Shown: positions 20,346 to 29,859 of the stretch, piece after piece
Layout of the letters: the number at the start of each line of letters is the position of its first letter
Numbering within the stretch: the first letter of the stretch is position 1
Assembly: GCA_017549025.1 (NCBI GenBank)
Contig: JAFYWB010000055.1
Coordinates: 18,943-82,942 of the forward strand
DNA: 64,000 nt
From: Treponema sp.
GTDB lineage: Bacteria > Spirochaetota > Spirochaetia > Treponematales > Treponemataceae
Direction of reading: 5' to 3'
Translations under genes and position numbers: made by a program
Notes under the pieces: model-generated
Told to the model about the DNA's origin: nothing
The model's input: the letters and a program-made list of their open reading frames with translations, nothing else
Database searches by the model: none

Positions 20346-20810
20346 TTACATCCTTTCTCGAATAGCAACGTTTACTTCGACTTTTCCCTGCTCCGTAATC
20401 ATAGGAACAATCAAAGCCTCTACTTCATGATCTGAAATCTCCATCTTTTCTCCAGTGAAAAGTGCAGGAGGTGTTAAGTCAAACTTAAATCCCAACTCAT
20501 GCAATTTTGTAACAGCCTGTGCAGTAATAAGATTTGCCAATTCAGTAATTGTAGCCTTAGCCAACTCATCAAAAACAGGCAACTCCTCCATGTTCATGCG
20601 GGAAGCGATCTTCAATGCAGTTTCCATGGACATATCAAAAAGTACACGGCCTTCTACATCACCTGCCAAACCAACCAAGGCGGCAACACCCATTACAGGC
20701 ATTGAGGTAGACTTCAAATACAAGTCTCCACGACGGACTTCACCCTGCAGAACTTCTTTTAGTATACTATAAGCCGTTTCTACAAACGGATTGATATACT
20801 CAACTCTCAT
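20346..20810 (-). CDS. cheX: CheY-P phosphatase CheX
   Basis: 154 aa starting MRVEYINPFVETAYSILKEVL... Size and position between cheW and cheY are as in the spirochete cheA-cheW-cheX-cheY operon. Confidence 0.88.
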   Translation of the reverse strand: MRVEYINPFVETAYSILKEVLQGEVRRGDLYLKSTSMPVMGVAALVGLAGDVEGRVLFDMSMETALKIASRMNMEELPVFDELAKATITELANLITAQAVTKLHELGFKFDLTPPALFTGEKMEISDHEVEALIVPMITEQGKVEVNVAIRERM

Positions 20811-20834
20811 AAAAATCCCCTTACCTCATAAGAT

Positions 20835-22247
20835 TTATTGTTTGCCGTATACAACGACAGAACCTACCATTGTTTCTGACCAATTGGAAAGATAGGCCAA
20901 GTTTTCATTTTCACCAAGAATAATCTTTCCATTACCCTTTAGCTTTTCGTCAAAATCCTCCAGCAATGTAGCCTGAACGTCAGGCTTTAAGAAGGAAATA
21001 AGGTCTCGAGAGAAAATCATATCGATTACAGGCATATTGTTTGTATGCATACAATCGTGATATTCAAACAGAACCATTTCCTTAATTTCTGGCTTGAAAG
21101 AATATGTTCCAGATACAGACTGAACTACAAAGGGAGCATACCAGCTATTGGCAACCTCAGGAGGAACCATCAACAAGGGGGCATTTGAGATACTCAGCAA
21201 ATCTACATCCTGAGCATATACCTTTATCCGAGCATCGGGATATTTCTTGCGGAGAATACATGCCAGAGAATAGGCTTCATAGCCCTTGCCACACCCAGGA
21301 TTCCAAACACAAATCTGCTTTGCATTGTTTTCTGGTAAAGCCTTATAAATATTTTCTGCATATTCTTTAGGCCAGAAGGCTGCTGTATTGGCAGAATAGA
21401 AGGGGGCCAAGAATGCTTCCGCATCCTGAATGTTCACCAGCTGGGTATTATCATGACCACGCTGACCGACCCATTCCTCGTAACGATGTTTTACCCAAGC
21501 TTCATTTACAGGAGTTACATAAAAGGACTTCAGTTTTTGCAGGCTGTCTACAATAAAGCTATAATCTGAATCCTTAGCAGTAAATACCTCTGGCTCCTTT
21601 GGAGCTGGAGGAGGTGCAACCTTTGGCTGAGCAACAGCTACAGGGACAGCATTGGATACCATTGGCTGAGATGGAGTTTCATCCGCAAATTCAGCATCAG
21701 CGATTTGAGTCTTTTCTGCAAGTGTTGTGGTAGGAGTTCTTACTCCAAAAATTCTGTCTACATCCAACAAAACATACAAGCGGTCATGGCTTTCCACTAC
21801 ACCATAGATGTACTTGATGTTAATGTCACCAAACAATGGGTGAGGTGGCTGAATGGAACTTTTCTGGATTCCCACAACCTTATCAATAACATCTACTACC
21901 ACACCGAACAGCTGGTCTTCTACATTTACTACCAACATGCTCTCCAAGGAGTCCTTGGAACGAGCTGGCACTTCAATATTGAAGAAGCGACGAAGGTCAA
22001 TGATAGAGATAATATCACCACGAAGGTTATGAACACCCAATACAAAGGGCATGGTATTAGGCACATAGGTAAAATGACCAGCCTTTGCAATTTCCTTTAC
22101 CTTCATGATATCGATGGCATAGTCCTTACCAGCAAGGGAAAAGGTAACCATCTTAAAGTCCACTGCGGAGATTCTATCTTTTTGCTCTTCTCCAGTGGAT
22201 TCAGAATTCTGCAACAATGCTTCTTTGATATCTGCAATAGTTTCCAT
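20835..22247 (-). CDS. cheW: CheW domain fused to a C-terminal CheR-like methyltransferase domain (spirochete CheW3-type)
   Basis: N-terminal CheW (FSLAGKDYAIDIMKVKEI...VLGVHNLRGDIISIIDLRRFF). Pro/Ala linker. C-terminal SAM-MTase-like region (VWNPGCGKGYEAYSLACILRKKYP...VYAQDVD). Confidence 0.85.
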   Translation of the reverse strand: METIADIKEALLQNSESTGEEQKDRISAVDFKMVTFSLAGKDYAIDIMKVKEIAKAGHFTYVPNTMPFVLGVHNLRGDIISIIDLRRFFNIEVPARSKDSLESMLVVNVEDQLFGVVVDVIDKVVGIQKSSIQPPHPLFGDINIKYIYGVVESHDRLYVLLDVDRIFGVRTPTTTLAEKTQIADAEFADETPSQPMVSNAVPVAVAQPKVAPPPAPKEPEVFTAKDSDYSFIVDSLQKLKSFYVTPVNEAWVKHRYEEWVGQRGHDNTQLVNIQDAEAFLAPFYSANTAAFWPKEYAENIYKALPENNAKQICVWNPGCGKGYEAYSLACILRKKYPDARIKVYAQDVDLLSISNAPLLMVPPEVANSWYAPFVVQSVSGTYSFKPEIKEMVLFEYHDCMHTNNMPVIDMIFSRDLISFLKPDVQATLLEDFDEKLKGNGKIILGENENLAYLSNWSETMVGSVVVYGKQ

Positions 22248-22256
22248 ACACTCCCC

Positions 22257-24701
22257 TTATAACGAGAATCCAATCTCTTCCCGTTTTTCCCGGGCATCAA
22301 TCTCCTGACGCACACCCAACTCAAGCAACTGGCTTACATCGATAATCAAGGAAACAGAACCATCACCAAGGATGGATGCTCCAGCCACACCAGGAGACTT
22401 AGTAAACTGGTCTCGCAAGGGCTTGATAACAACGTCCTCTTCTCCAATGAGAGAGTCTACCATTACACCAATCTTCTTGTCGGCACTACCAACAATAACG
22501 ATGAAGTAATGGTCTTTTTCTTCTGTCTGCTTGATATTGAAAAGTCTATCAAGGCGCAGAATACTAATAACCTCGTTACGTACGTTCAAAACCTCGTAGT
22601 TATCGATGGTATTAATTTCATCCTGCCGCACACGATGGCTTTCGATAACGGAGGTAATAGGGATGGAGTATACTTCCTCGCCAACCCGCACCAAAAGTCC
22701 CTGAATAATGGCCAGAGTAAGGGGCAGACGAATACTGAACTTTGTTCCAAAGCCTCGTTCGGAGGTTACTACAACAGAACCCTTCAATTTTTCTATCTGG
22801 TTACGAACCACGTCCAGTCCAACACCTCTACCGGATACGGCAGAAATCTTGTCAGCAGTGGAGAAGCCTGGCTCAAAAATCAACTGATAAGCTTCTTGGT
22901 CACTGATAATCTTGTTGGGATGAATGAGTCCACGGTCAATGGCCTTTTGACGAACCTTATTTACGTCAATACCAGCACCGTCATCAGCAATATCGATAAC
23001 AATCAAGTTACCCTCATTGCTAGCCTTGAGAATCAAGGTTCCTTCTTCAGGCTTACCAGCTTCGGCACGATCTGCGGGCTGCTCAATTCCGTGATCCAGT
23101 GAGTTACGAACACAGTGCATAATTGGATCCAACAAGTCCTCTGTAACGGACTTATCCAATTCGGTATCCTCACCTTCGATTACAAGGTTAATCTTCTTGT
23201 TCAAGTCACGGCTCAAGTCACGAACAACACGAGGGAAGCGGGAGAAAATCTGACTAATGGGAACCATTCGGATTTTCATAACGCCTTCCTGCAACTCACC
23301 AGCAATACGTCCTAGATTTTGAGTTGAGGAACGGAACTTGGTGGTAACAGACTTGAAGTTTGCCTCAAAGGGATCAAATACGGAGAACAAATCACCAAAT
23401 TCATCGTTGATGGCTGTTCGAATATCCTTAACGGAGGCACCGTTCTGGATTTCTTCCAAGAAGCGGGGCATCTGCTCAAACAAAGCGTGAACCTTGTCCT
23501 TATAGCCAGCACCAACAGTCTGGAACTGAGCCAGCAAATCTCCCACCTGAGTAGAAATCTGGTTGAAGGCAGCCTTTGTAATAACGGTCTCACTAACAAG
23601 GTTCAAAAGGTAGTCAATGCGCTTTGCATCAACACGGAGGACGCTACCAGCATTGTTGTGGTTCTGGGCTGACTTCTTGCTAGAATCTCCCTTAGGAGCA
23701 ATAGCCTTCTTTTCTGCCACTATATCGATGGATTTCTCCACTACAGCAGGAGCAGGGGCGGGAGATTCTACCACTTCCTCCACTACAGGAGGCTTTTCTA
23801 CTACTACAGGCTTTACAGGAGCAGCTACTGGTTTGGGAGCTGCTGCCACAGGAGCAGCACTAGCAGAGCTACCGTCCAAGCACTGAGCATCGGTACAGAG
23901 GGTAACATCAGGGATAAAGGCCACATCTTCTAGCTCGTCGGCAGAAGCAGTGGTAGCAACGAAATAAACAACCTGTGGATGGAATTCATCGGAATACAGG
24001 GAATCAAAATCTGGAACAGTCTTAAGGATAAGTCCACGTCCCTTTAATGCAGCAAAAACCTGAATTCCACCAACAGAGTTCATCAGGTTGCTTTCATCAA
24101 ACATAACGGTGACACCCCAAAGCTTCTGCTTACCTTCACAGGATTCCTTGAGCTCAAGAAGCTCGTATTCAGAAAGAGCTTGAGCGGGAGATGGAATGGA
24201 AGAAGTAGTAGCTGGTGCAGGAGCGGGAGTGCTTGCCACAGGCTTAGGTGGTGCAACGGGTGCAGGTGCGGCAGGCTTTTTACCAGCCTTACCATCCTTA
24301 GAGGGAATGAATGACTTTAAGGTATTCTTGATTGGCTCTACATCAGCATCGTAGATACCGCCATCCTGACGAGCCTCTAACATGGCTTTAATCACGTCGA
24401 TGGATGAGAGAAGAACATCTACCACAGGACCAGTTACATCAACCCGATCGGAACGGATTTCATCCAGCAAATCCTCCACCACGTGGGTGAAACCAGACAA
24501 CTCCGTCATTTCTACTGTGGCAGAACCACCTTTCAGAGTGTGAGCAGCACGGAAAATCTCGTCGATTGCCTCGTGATTGGAAGGGTCATTTTCAATGACA
24601 AGGATATTGCTTTCCAGATTCTCAACCTGTTGTTCAGCCTCGCTGAAAAAATCCTTAAGCAGTTCCTCGTTATTAATATCAAGATAGTCACTCATACTCA
24701 T
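22257..24701 (-). CDS. cheA: Chemotaxis histidine kinase CheA
   Basis: 814 aa. P1 Hpt (FRAAHTLKGGSATV), Pro/Ala-rich linkers, HATPase region (DDGAGID...GRGVGLDVV), C-terminal CheW-like P5. Confidence 0.95.
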   Translation of the reverse strand: MSMSDYLDINNEELLKDFFSEAEQQVENLESNILVIENDPSNHEAIDEIFRAAHTLKGGSATVEMTELSGFTHVVEDLLDEIRSDRVDVTGPVVDVLLSSIDVIKAMLEARQDGGIYDADVEPIKNTLKSFIPSKDGKAGKKPAAPAPVAPPKPVASTPAPAPATTSSIPSPAQALSEYELLELKESCEGKQKLWGVTVMFDESNLMNSVGGIQVFAALKGRGLILKTVPDFDSLYSDEFHPQVVYFVATTASADELEDVAFIPDVTLCTDAQCLDGSSASAAPVAAAPKPVAAPVKPVVVEKPPVVEEVVESPAPAPAVVEKSIDIVAEKKAIAPKGDSSKKSAQNHNNAGSVLRVDAKRIDYLLNLVSETVITKAAFNQISTQVGDLLAQFQTVGAGYKDKVHALFEQMPRFLEEIQNGASVKDIRTAINDEFGDLFSVFDPFEANFKSVTTKFRSSTQNLGRIAGELQEGVMKIRMVPISQIFSRFPRVVRDLSRDLNKKINLVIEGEDTELDKSVTEDLLDPIMHCVRNSLDHGIEQPADRAEAGKPEEGTLILKASNEGNLIVIDIADDGAGIDVNKVRQKAIDRGLIHPNKIISDQEAYQLIFEPGFSTADKISAVSGRGVGLDVVRNQIEKLKGSVVVTSERGFGTKFSIRLPLTLAIIQGLLVRVGEEVYSIPITSVIESHRVRQDEINTIDNYEVLNVRNEVISILRLDRLFNIKQTEEKDHYFIVIVGSADKKIGVMVDSLIGEEDVVIKPLRDQFTKSPGVAGASILGDGSVSLIIDVSQLLELGVRQEIDAREKREEIGFSL

Positions 24702-24826
24702 TATTTTATACGCAAAATAATATAAGTCAAGAGGAATGTTTATAAGAAATTAATTTTTTAGAGATTTCCTCCACCACGCCATCTCAGTTTCTCTAAAACA
24801 AGAACAATCTAAAGATTTTAGTATTT

Positions 24827-26077
24827 ATGACGATAATAGAAAAGATATTTTATTCTTGGGGGCAGACAGCCATGAGTACCAACAAGTTTTTTTCATATAA
24901 AAGTGTATTAGCGGGAATCCTTGTCCTGATTCTTTCCATTTCAACTGCGTTTGGACAAATTCACTTCAGTGGATTTACTGGTGTAGTGGGAAACATTGGA
25001 GCCACAGAAGCGGGGAATGGAGCACAATGGACGACTGATGGCTTTTATGCTGGACAGGTGGACTTGTTCGGAGTTGTAATGCTGAGAACGGGCGTTAGCC
25101 TTCGCACCGACAACCTTTTAGACTTGAAGTTGTTTGAGGAAGGAGTTCCAGCACAATTTTGTCTCGATGAAATATCCATTACAGCCCGCTTCCCTTGCTG
25201 CCACGTAACCCGTTATATCTCTCTTTTTGTAGGTGATCATGAATCTATTGGTTCAGATTTGTTCTTACGACGGCATTTCGGTATTCTTCCTACAAACTCT
25301 CGATTGTCAGAAACATGGGACGGACGGATGGACACCACCATCTACCCTTTTTCTGATTTTGGGGCCTCTTACGTATTAAAACTACGAAGCTCACAAGCTT
25401 TTGGCATGTATTTTTATGCAGGACACAAGGAAAATCAGTGGCGGGGTAATGTAGACCTTCGGTACGCCGGAGTTTTTTCTTTGGCTACTGTTGATTTTAG
25501 TGTTGGAGTTGGTTTTCCCATTACCAACGATCAAAATGCAGGAACAAGTATAAAGCTCAATCGCGATATTGAATTACACACAGGGCTTTCAACTGTTATT
25601 GGAAATACTCACACAGCTTCCTTATTCCTTCAATTTGGAATCTCCAAGATAGTGTTAAATCCAGGGGCTACCCAGTCTGTTTTGAAGCTATCAGACTTGT
25701 ATTTTTGGGTTGAGCCTCGATTTAGGGCTAATTTTATGAATTTCCATTTTACTATGTTTAATATTTCAAAGAGTGCTACTGAAGATATATTCTTTGTTTC
25801 TGGCCCGTTAGGATGTAATTTGGCAATTTTTGCAAACAATATTCATGCTGGCACCTTCAATTTTACTGTGGGAGCTCATATGACTATCTCTACAGAAATT
25901 ACTCTTGATGAAATCAATAATACTAATAGAGAGAATATTTCCTTTAGATTTTCTCCTTTTATTGAAACACCTTTGTTTGAAGGAACATTCACCAGTCGGT
26001 TTTCTATCGATTTTATGAAGTTTGAACAGATGCACAAGTCTATACGATTTAGTTTGGGTTATAAAACAAATCTATGA
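24827..26077 (+). CDS. Secreted hypothetical protein, possible outer-membrane beta-barrel
   Basis: A signal-peptide-like segment starts at the internal Met (MSTNKFFSYKSVLAGILVLILSISTAFGQ; ATG 24872 may be the true start). Sequence is rich in alternating aromatic/Gly residues. No recognisable family. Confidence 0.5.
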   Translation: MTIIEKIFYSWGQTAMSTNKFFSYKSVLAGILVLILSISTAFGQIHFSGFTGVVGNIGATEAGNGAQWTTDGFYAGQVDLFGVVMLRTGVSLRTDNLLDLKLFEEGVPAQFCLDEISITARFPCCHVTRYISLFVGDHESIGSDLFLRRHFGILPTNSRLSETWDGRMDTTIYPFSDFGASYVLKLRSSQAFGMYFYAGHKENQWRGNVDLRYAGVFSLATVDFSVGVGFPITNDQNAGTSIKLNRDIELHTGLSTVIGNTHTASLFLQFGISKIVLNPGATQSVLKLSDLYFWVEPRFRANFMNFHFTMFNISKSATEDIFFVSGPLGCNLAIFANNIHAGTFNFTVGAHMTISTEITLDEINNTNRENISFRFSPFIETPLFEGTFTSRFSIDFMKFEQMHKSIRFSLGYKTNL

Positions 26078-26805
26078 GAAAGATTGTAATCATTTTAGTA
26101 GTTTTCAGTATCTGTACCGTTTCTCTGAGAGCCTTTGATTTATCAGGGAGTCTCCATGTGGATTCTTTTGCAGGAAAACCCATGGTTGGCTTTTCCTTTC
26201 TGGCAGAGGAGGACATTATCCCTCGGCTGGCCGTACGTGCCCAAACAGATTATCTCACAGCAAATGAATATGACGTCCAAATTCTTGGCATAGCAAAGCT
26301 TGGGCCAGTGTTTTTAGGCGGGGGCTTTGCACTGGAAATTACGAATAATCTACAACCTGGTGCAGGTCTACTTCTCGGCTGGCAGATGACAAAGCACTTT
26401 GCACTGGAAACGGCTACGATACTATCCTTTACGACTGAGGATTTAGGAAAGCTCCATGACATTCGGGGAAAACTTGATGTCTTTTACGATACAGAAAATG
26501 TCAATGCTGATTTTAGCTACAAAATCAAGATGGGGATTGCAACCACGGACTTTATCAACACCTTAGCATTTCAGGTAGAAGCCTTTGAGCAAGGTGTTCC
26601 TGTGGGACTAACCGTTGGAGCAGGTTCTGATTTTTTTATTGATGAGCAAGGATTTGACCTTACAGTTGACGTATTAGGTGGACTGAATGTATATGGAGGA
26701 AAATACGGTACATATTTTGCCACAGCTAGGGTTGGAATATTCACCTTACGAGTAGCGCAACCAATTCACTATGAAGTCATAATGGGCGCACGATTCAGCC
26801 TGTAG
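26074..26805 (+). CDS. Secreted hypothetical protein, possible outer-membrane beta-barrel
   Basis: MRKIVIILVVFSICTVSLRAF signal peptide. ATGA start/stop overlap with the upstream gene. Beta-strand-like alternating pattern. Confidence 0.5.
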   Translation: MRKIVIILVVFSICTVSLRAFDLSGSLHVDSFAGKPMVGFSFLAEEDIIPRLAVRAQTDYLTANEYDVQILGIAKLGPVFLGGGFALEITNNLQPGAGLLLGWQMTKHFALETATILSFTTEDLGKLHDIRGKLDVFYDTENVNADFSYKIKMGIATTDFINTLAFQVEAFEQGVPVGLTVGAGSDFFIDEQGFDLTVDVLGGLNVYGGKYGTYFATARVGIFTLRVAQPIHYEVIMGARFSL

Positions 26806-26844
26806 AAAAAGCTCAAGAACCAGCTTAACTTCAAAAGATAAAGG

Positions 26845-26884
26845 AAAACCCCAGAACTAGGAGATTTCTGGGGTTTTTCGTTTT
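26845..26884. terminator. Bidirectional rho-independent terminator
   Basis: AAAACCCCAGAA (26845-26856) / TTCTGGGGTTTT (26866-26877), then a T-rich tract. Lies between convergent genes. Confidence 0.65.
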
Positions 26885-26899
26885 AAACAGACTCTGGGA

Positions 26900-28132
26900 C
26901 TAGAGCTTGAGCTTGGCGAGGCGGCGACAGGCTTCTTCCACTGCGTCTCGGTGACCGAAGGAGCTAAAGCGGATAAAGCTTTCTCCCGCAGGACCAAAGC
27001 CAGCACCAGGAGTAGTTACCACGTGGCACTCGTCAAGAATCTTGTCGAACATATCCCAGCTTTTCTTTCCAGGGAAGCGAACCCACAGGTAGGGAGCATT
27101 TCCCTGACCATAAACCTCTACACCAGCGGCACGGAAATTTTCTCCTTCCAAGGCCTTTTTGATGAGGGCTGCATTTTCCAAGTAGAAGTCGGTAAGCTGA
27201 CGCATTTCCTGTACACCCTCTGGATCCAAGGCAGCAAGACCACCAGCCTGAGCAATATTGGAAGCACCATTGAAGAAGGTGTTGATGAGCCGTGACCACA
27301 GGGCCTGAACGGGAGTACCATCAGCAAACTTCAGGGCCTTAGGAACAATGCTCCAGCCAAGACGAACACCAGTGAATCCAGCAGGCTTGGAGAAGGAGTT
27401 GATTTCAAGGGCACATTCCTTGGCTCCATCAATCTGAAAGATGGTTTTAGGAAGATTTTCATCCCGGATAAAGGCTGAGTAGGCTGAGTCAAAAATGATG
27501 ATGCAGCCATTTTTCTTGGCAAAGTCCACCAGCTGCTGGAGCTGTTCCTTGGTGGCCACCGCTCCCGTGGGATTATTGGGAGAGCAGAAATAGATGAGGC
27601 TATTGGGCTTTACCACAGACAAATCGGGGAAGAAGTTATTTTCGGGCAGACAGGGCATGTATACAATGTCCTGATATCCAGCGGCGGTGGCAGGTGTTTT
27701 TCCTGCAGCACCAACCATTACAGAACCATCTACGTATACAGGATAGGCGGGATCCTGCACGGCAACGGATACGTTAGCACCGAAAAGCTGCTGAATGCGA
27801 CCTACGTCACATTTGGCACCATCTGAAACGAAAACCTCGTCTGCTTCGATGATTCCGTCATACAGCACAGAAGCAATTTTTTCCCGCAGAGCAGGCTCCC
27901 CAGCACTGTCGTCACCATAACCGCTGTATCCAGCCACAGTGCCCAAGCCCTTAGCATAGTCTGCCATGGCGGCAGCAATGTGGGGAGTAAGGGGCTCTGT
28001 GGTGTTACCGATACCCAAGCTGATAATCTTAGCATCAGGATGGGCGGCAGCATAGGCACGGCGACGCTTTCCAATCTCTGGGAAAAGGTAACCAGCGGCC
28101 AGGTTGTCAAAGGCAGGATTTCTTTCAATCAT
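26900..28132 (-). CDS. dapL: LL-diaminopimelate aminotransferase
   Basis: 410 aa. N-terminus NPAFDNLAAGYLFPEIGKRR and the PLP Lys context (NSFSKPAGFTGVRLGW) are typical of DapL. Confidence 0.88.
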   Translation of the reverse strand: MIERNPAFDNLAAGYLFPEIGKRRRAYAAAHPDAKIISLGIGNTTEPLTPHIAAAMADYAKGLGTVAGYSGYGDDSAGEPALREKIASVLYDGIIEADEVFVSDGAKCDVGRIQQLFGANVSVAVQDPAYPVYVDGSVMVGAAGKTPATAAGYQDIVYMPCLPENNFFPDLSVVKPNSLIYFCSPNNPTGAVATKEQLQQLVDFAKKNGCIIIFDSAYSAFIRDENLPKTIFQIDGAKECALEINSFSKPAGFTGVRLGWSIVPKALKFADGTPVQALWSRLINTFFNGASNIAQAGGLAALDPEGVQEMRQLTDFYLENAALIKKALEGENFRAAGVEVYGQGNAPYLWVRFPGKKSWDMFDKILDECHVVTTPGAGFGPAGESFIRFSSFGHRDAVEEACRRLAKLKL

Positions 28133-28149
28133 GTTGTTTCTCCATAAAA

Positions 28150-29859
28150 TTAAACGTCCAGCAAAAGCTCGTCGATGGGCTTGCCAGCAGGAACCATGGG
28201 CAGAACCATTTCGTCAATGCTCATGGAACAGTCAATGATGGCAGCCTTGCCGGATTCCACGGCACGGTCAAAGGCAGCCTTAAATTCTTCTTCGTTGGTG
28301 GCACGCTCACCTGTAATACCGTAGGCCTGAGCCAGCAGTACAAAATCAGGGCCGAAATTCAAGGTGGTTTCAGAATAGCGTTTGTCGTAGAACAAGTTTT
28401 GCCACTGACGCACCATGCCCAAGGTTCCGTTATTCACCAAAACGATGATGACGGGAACCTGATAGTGGCTGATGGTGGCAAGCTCGTTGCAATTCATGCG
28501 GAAGGAACCGTCACCAGCAATGTGAACTACTCGGCGGTGAGGATTGGCCAGCTGAGCACCAATGGCAGCACCTGTTCCGTAGCCCATGGTTCCCAAGCCA
28601 CCACTAGTGAGGAAGGTTCGAGGCTTTGAGAAGGGATAGAACTGGGCGGCCCACATCTGATGCTGGCCAACTTCAGTGGTGATGATGGTGTCTTCCCCCA
28701 GCTTTTCGTGGATGTACTCAAAGGCAAACTTGGGATGCAGGCTTGTCTTTTTGGAGTACATGGCAGGAAGATGCTGCTTCCACTGGGCAATCTCCTGATT
28801 CCAGCCAGATTCAGCTCGCTCTTCAATCAAGGGAAGAAGCCGATTCAGTAGCTCTTTGATGGAACCCACCAAGGAGTAATGGGTGGCGATATTTTTGTTG
28901 ATTTCAGCAGGATCAATATCGATGTGGAGAATCTTGCTATTTCGGGCAAATTTGGTGGAGTCAGAAATTACTCGGTCAGAGAAGCGGGCTCCAATGGCAA
29001 TCACCAAGTCAGACTTGTTGGCACCCATGTTAGCAGCCTTTGTTCCGTGCATTCCAATCATGCCACAGCACAGGGGATGACGAGAGGGAAAGGCTGACTT
29101 TCCCATGAGACTGGTGGCCACAGGAATATTCCGCCGTTCAGCCAAGGTCATGAGCTCCTGACAGGCGTTGTCGATGACCACACCACCACCAACATAGAGG
29201 AAGGGGCGCTGGGATTCATTAATGACTGCAGCAATATCCTGTACCTCTTGGTCAGAGGGAGACAAAATCTTTGTAACACGACGAATGCTGGCTCGTGCTA
29301 AAGAGGTGTGATCCTCACAAAGCAAGTCTACTGAAGGAGGATTGTATTCCGTAGTAGCGGCGGTAATGTCCTTGGGAATATCCACCAGAACAGGACCAGG
29401 ACGACCATTTTGAGCCACCAAGAAGGCTTCTCGGATGGTGTCTGCCAAATCGTTTACGCTGCGGACAATGTAGTTGTGCTTTGTTACTGGCATGGTGATA
29501 CCAGTAATGTCGATTTCTTGAAAGCTATCCTTACCCAGCAATGGTGTGGTTACGTTACAGGTAATAGCCACCATGGGAATGGAGTCCATGTAGGCTGTAG
29601 CGATACCTGTTACAAGGTTTGTGGCACCAGGACCGCTGGTAGCCAACACCACACCCACTTTTCCAGTAGAACGGCTATAACCGTCGGCAGCGTGAGCGGC
29701 TCCCTGCTCGTGGGCGGTGAGGATGTGACGAATTCTATCGCTATGCTTGTACAGCTCGTCGTAGACATTCAGAATGGCTCCACCGGGGTAACCGAAGACC
29801 ATGTCTACACCCTGCTCCACCAAACATTCTATGACGATTCTGGCACCGGTATATTTCAT
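28150..29859 (-). CDS. ilvB: Acetolactate synthase, large (catalytic) subunit
   Basis: 569 aa ThDP enzyme: [47 protein letters not shown]. Confidence 0.92.
   Translation of the reverse strand: MKYTGARIVIECLVEQGVDMVFGYPGGAILNVYDELYKHSDRIRHILTAHEQGAAHAADGYSRSTGKVGVVLATSGPGATNLVTGIATAYMDSIPMVAITCNVTTPLLGKDSFQEIDITGITMPVTKHNYIVRSVNDLADTIREAFLVAQNGRPGPVLVDIPKDITAATTEYNPPSVDLLCEDHTSLARASIRRVTKILSPSDQEVQDIAAVINESQRPFLYVGGGVVIDNACQELMTLAERRNIPVATSLMGKSAFPSRHPLCCGMIGMHGTKAANMGANKSDLVIAIGARFSDRVISDSTKFARNSKILHIDIDPAEINKNIATHYSLVGSIKELLNRLLPLIEERAESGWNQEIAQWKQHLPAMYSKKTSLHPKFAFEYIHEKLGEDTIITTEVGQHQMWAAQFYPFSKPRTFLTSGGLGTMGYGTGAAIGAQLANPHRRVVHIAGDGSFRMNCNELATISHYQVPVIIVLVNNGTLGMVRQWQNLFYDKRYSETTLNFGPDFVLLAQAYGITGERATNEEEFKAAFDRAVESGKAAIIDCSMSIDEMVLPMVPAGKPIDELLLDV

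Noticed and set aside
24696-24740. Possible leaderless cheA transcript: TTGACT and TATAAA/TAAAAT hexamers abutting the ATG, with no Shine-Dalgarno
   Set aside because: The spacing between the hexamers (14-16 nt) and between the -10 and the ATG (1-3 nt) does not fit a functional promoter/leaderless start. This cannot be resolved without TSS data.
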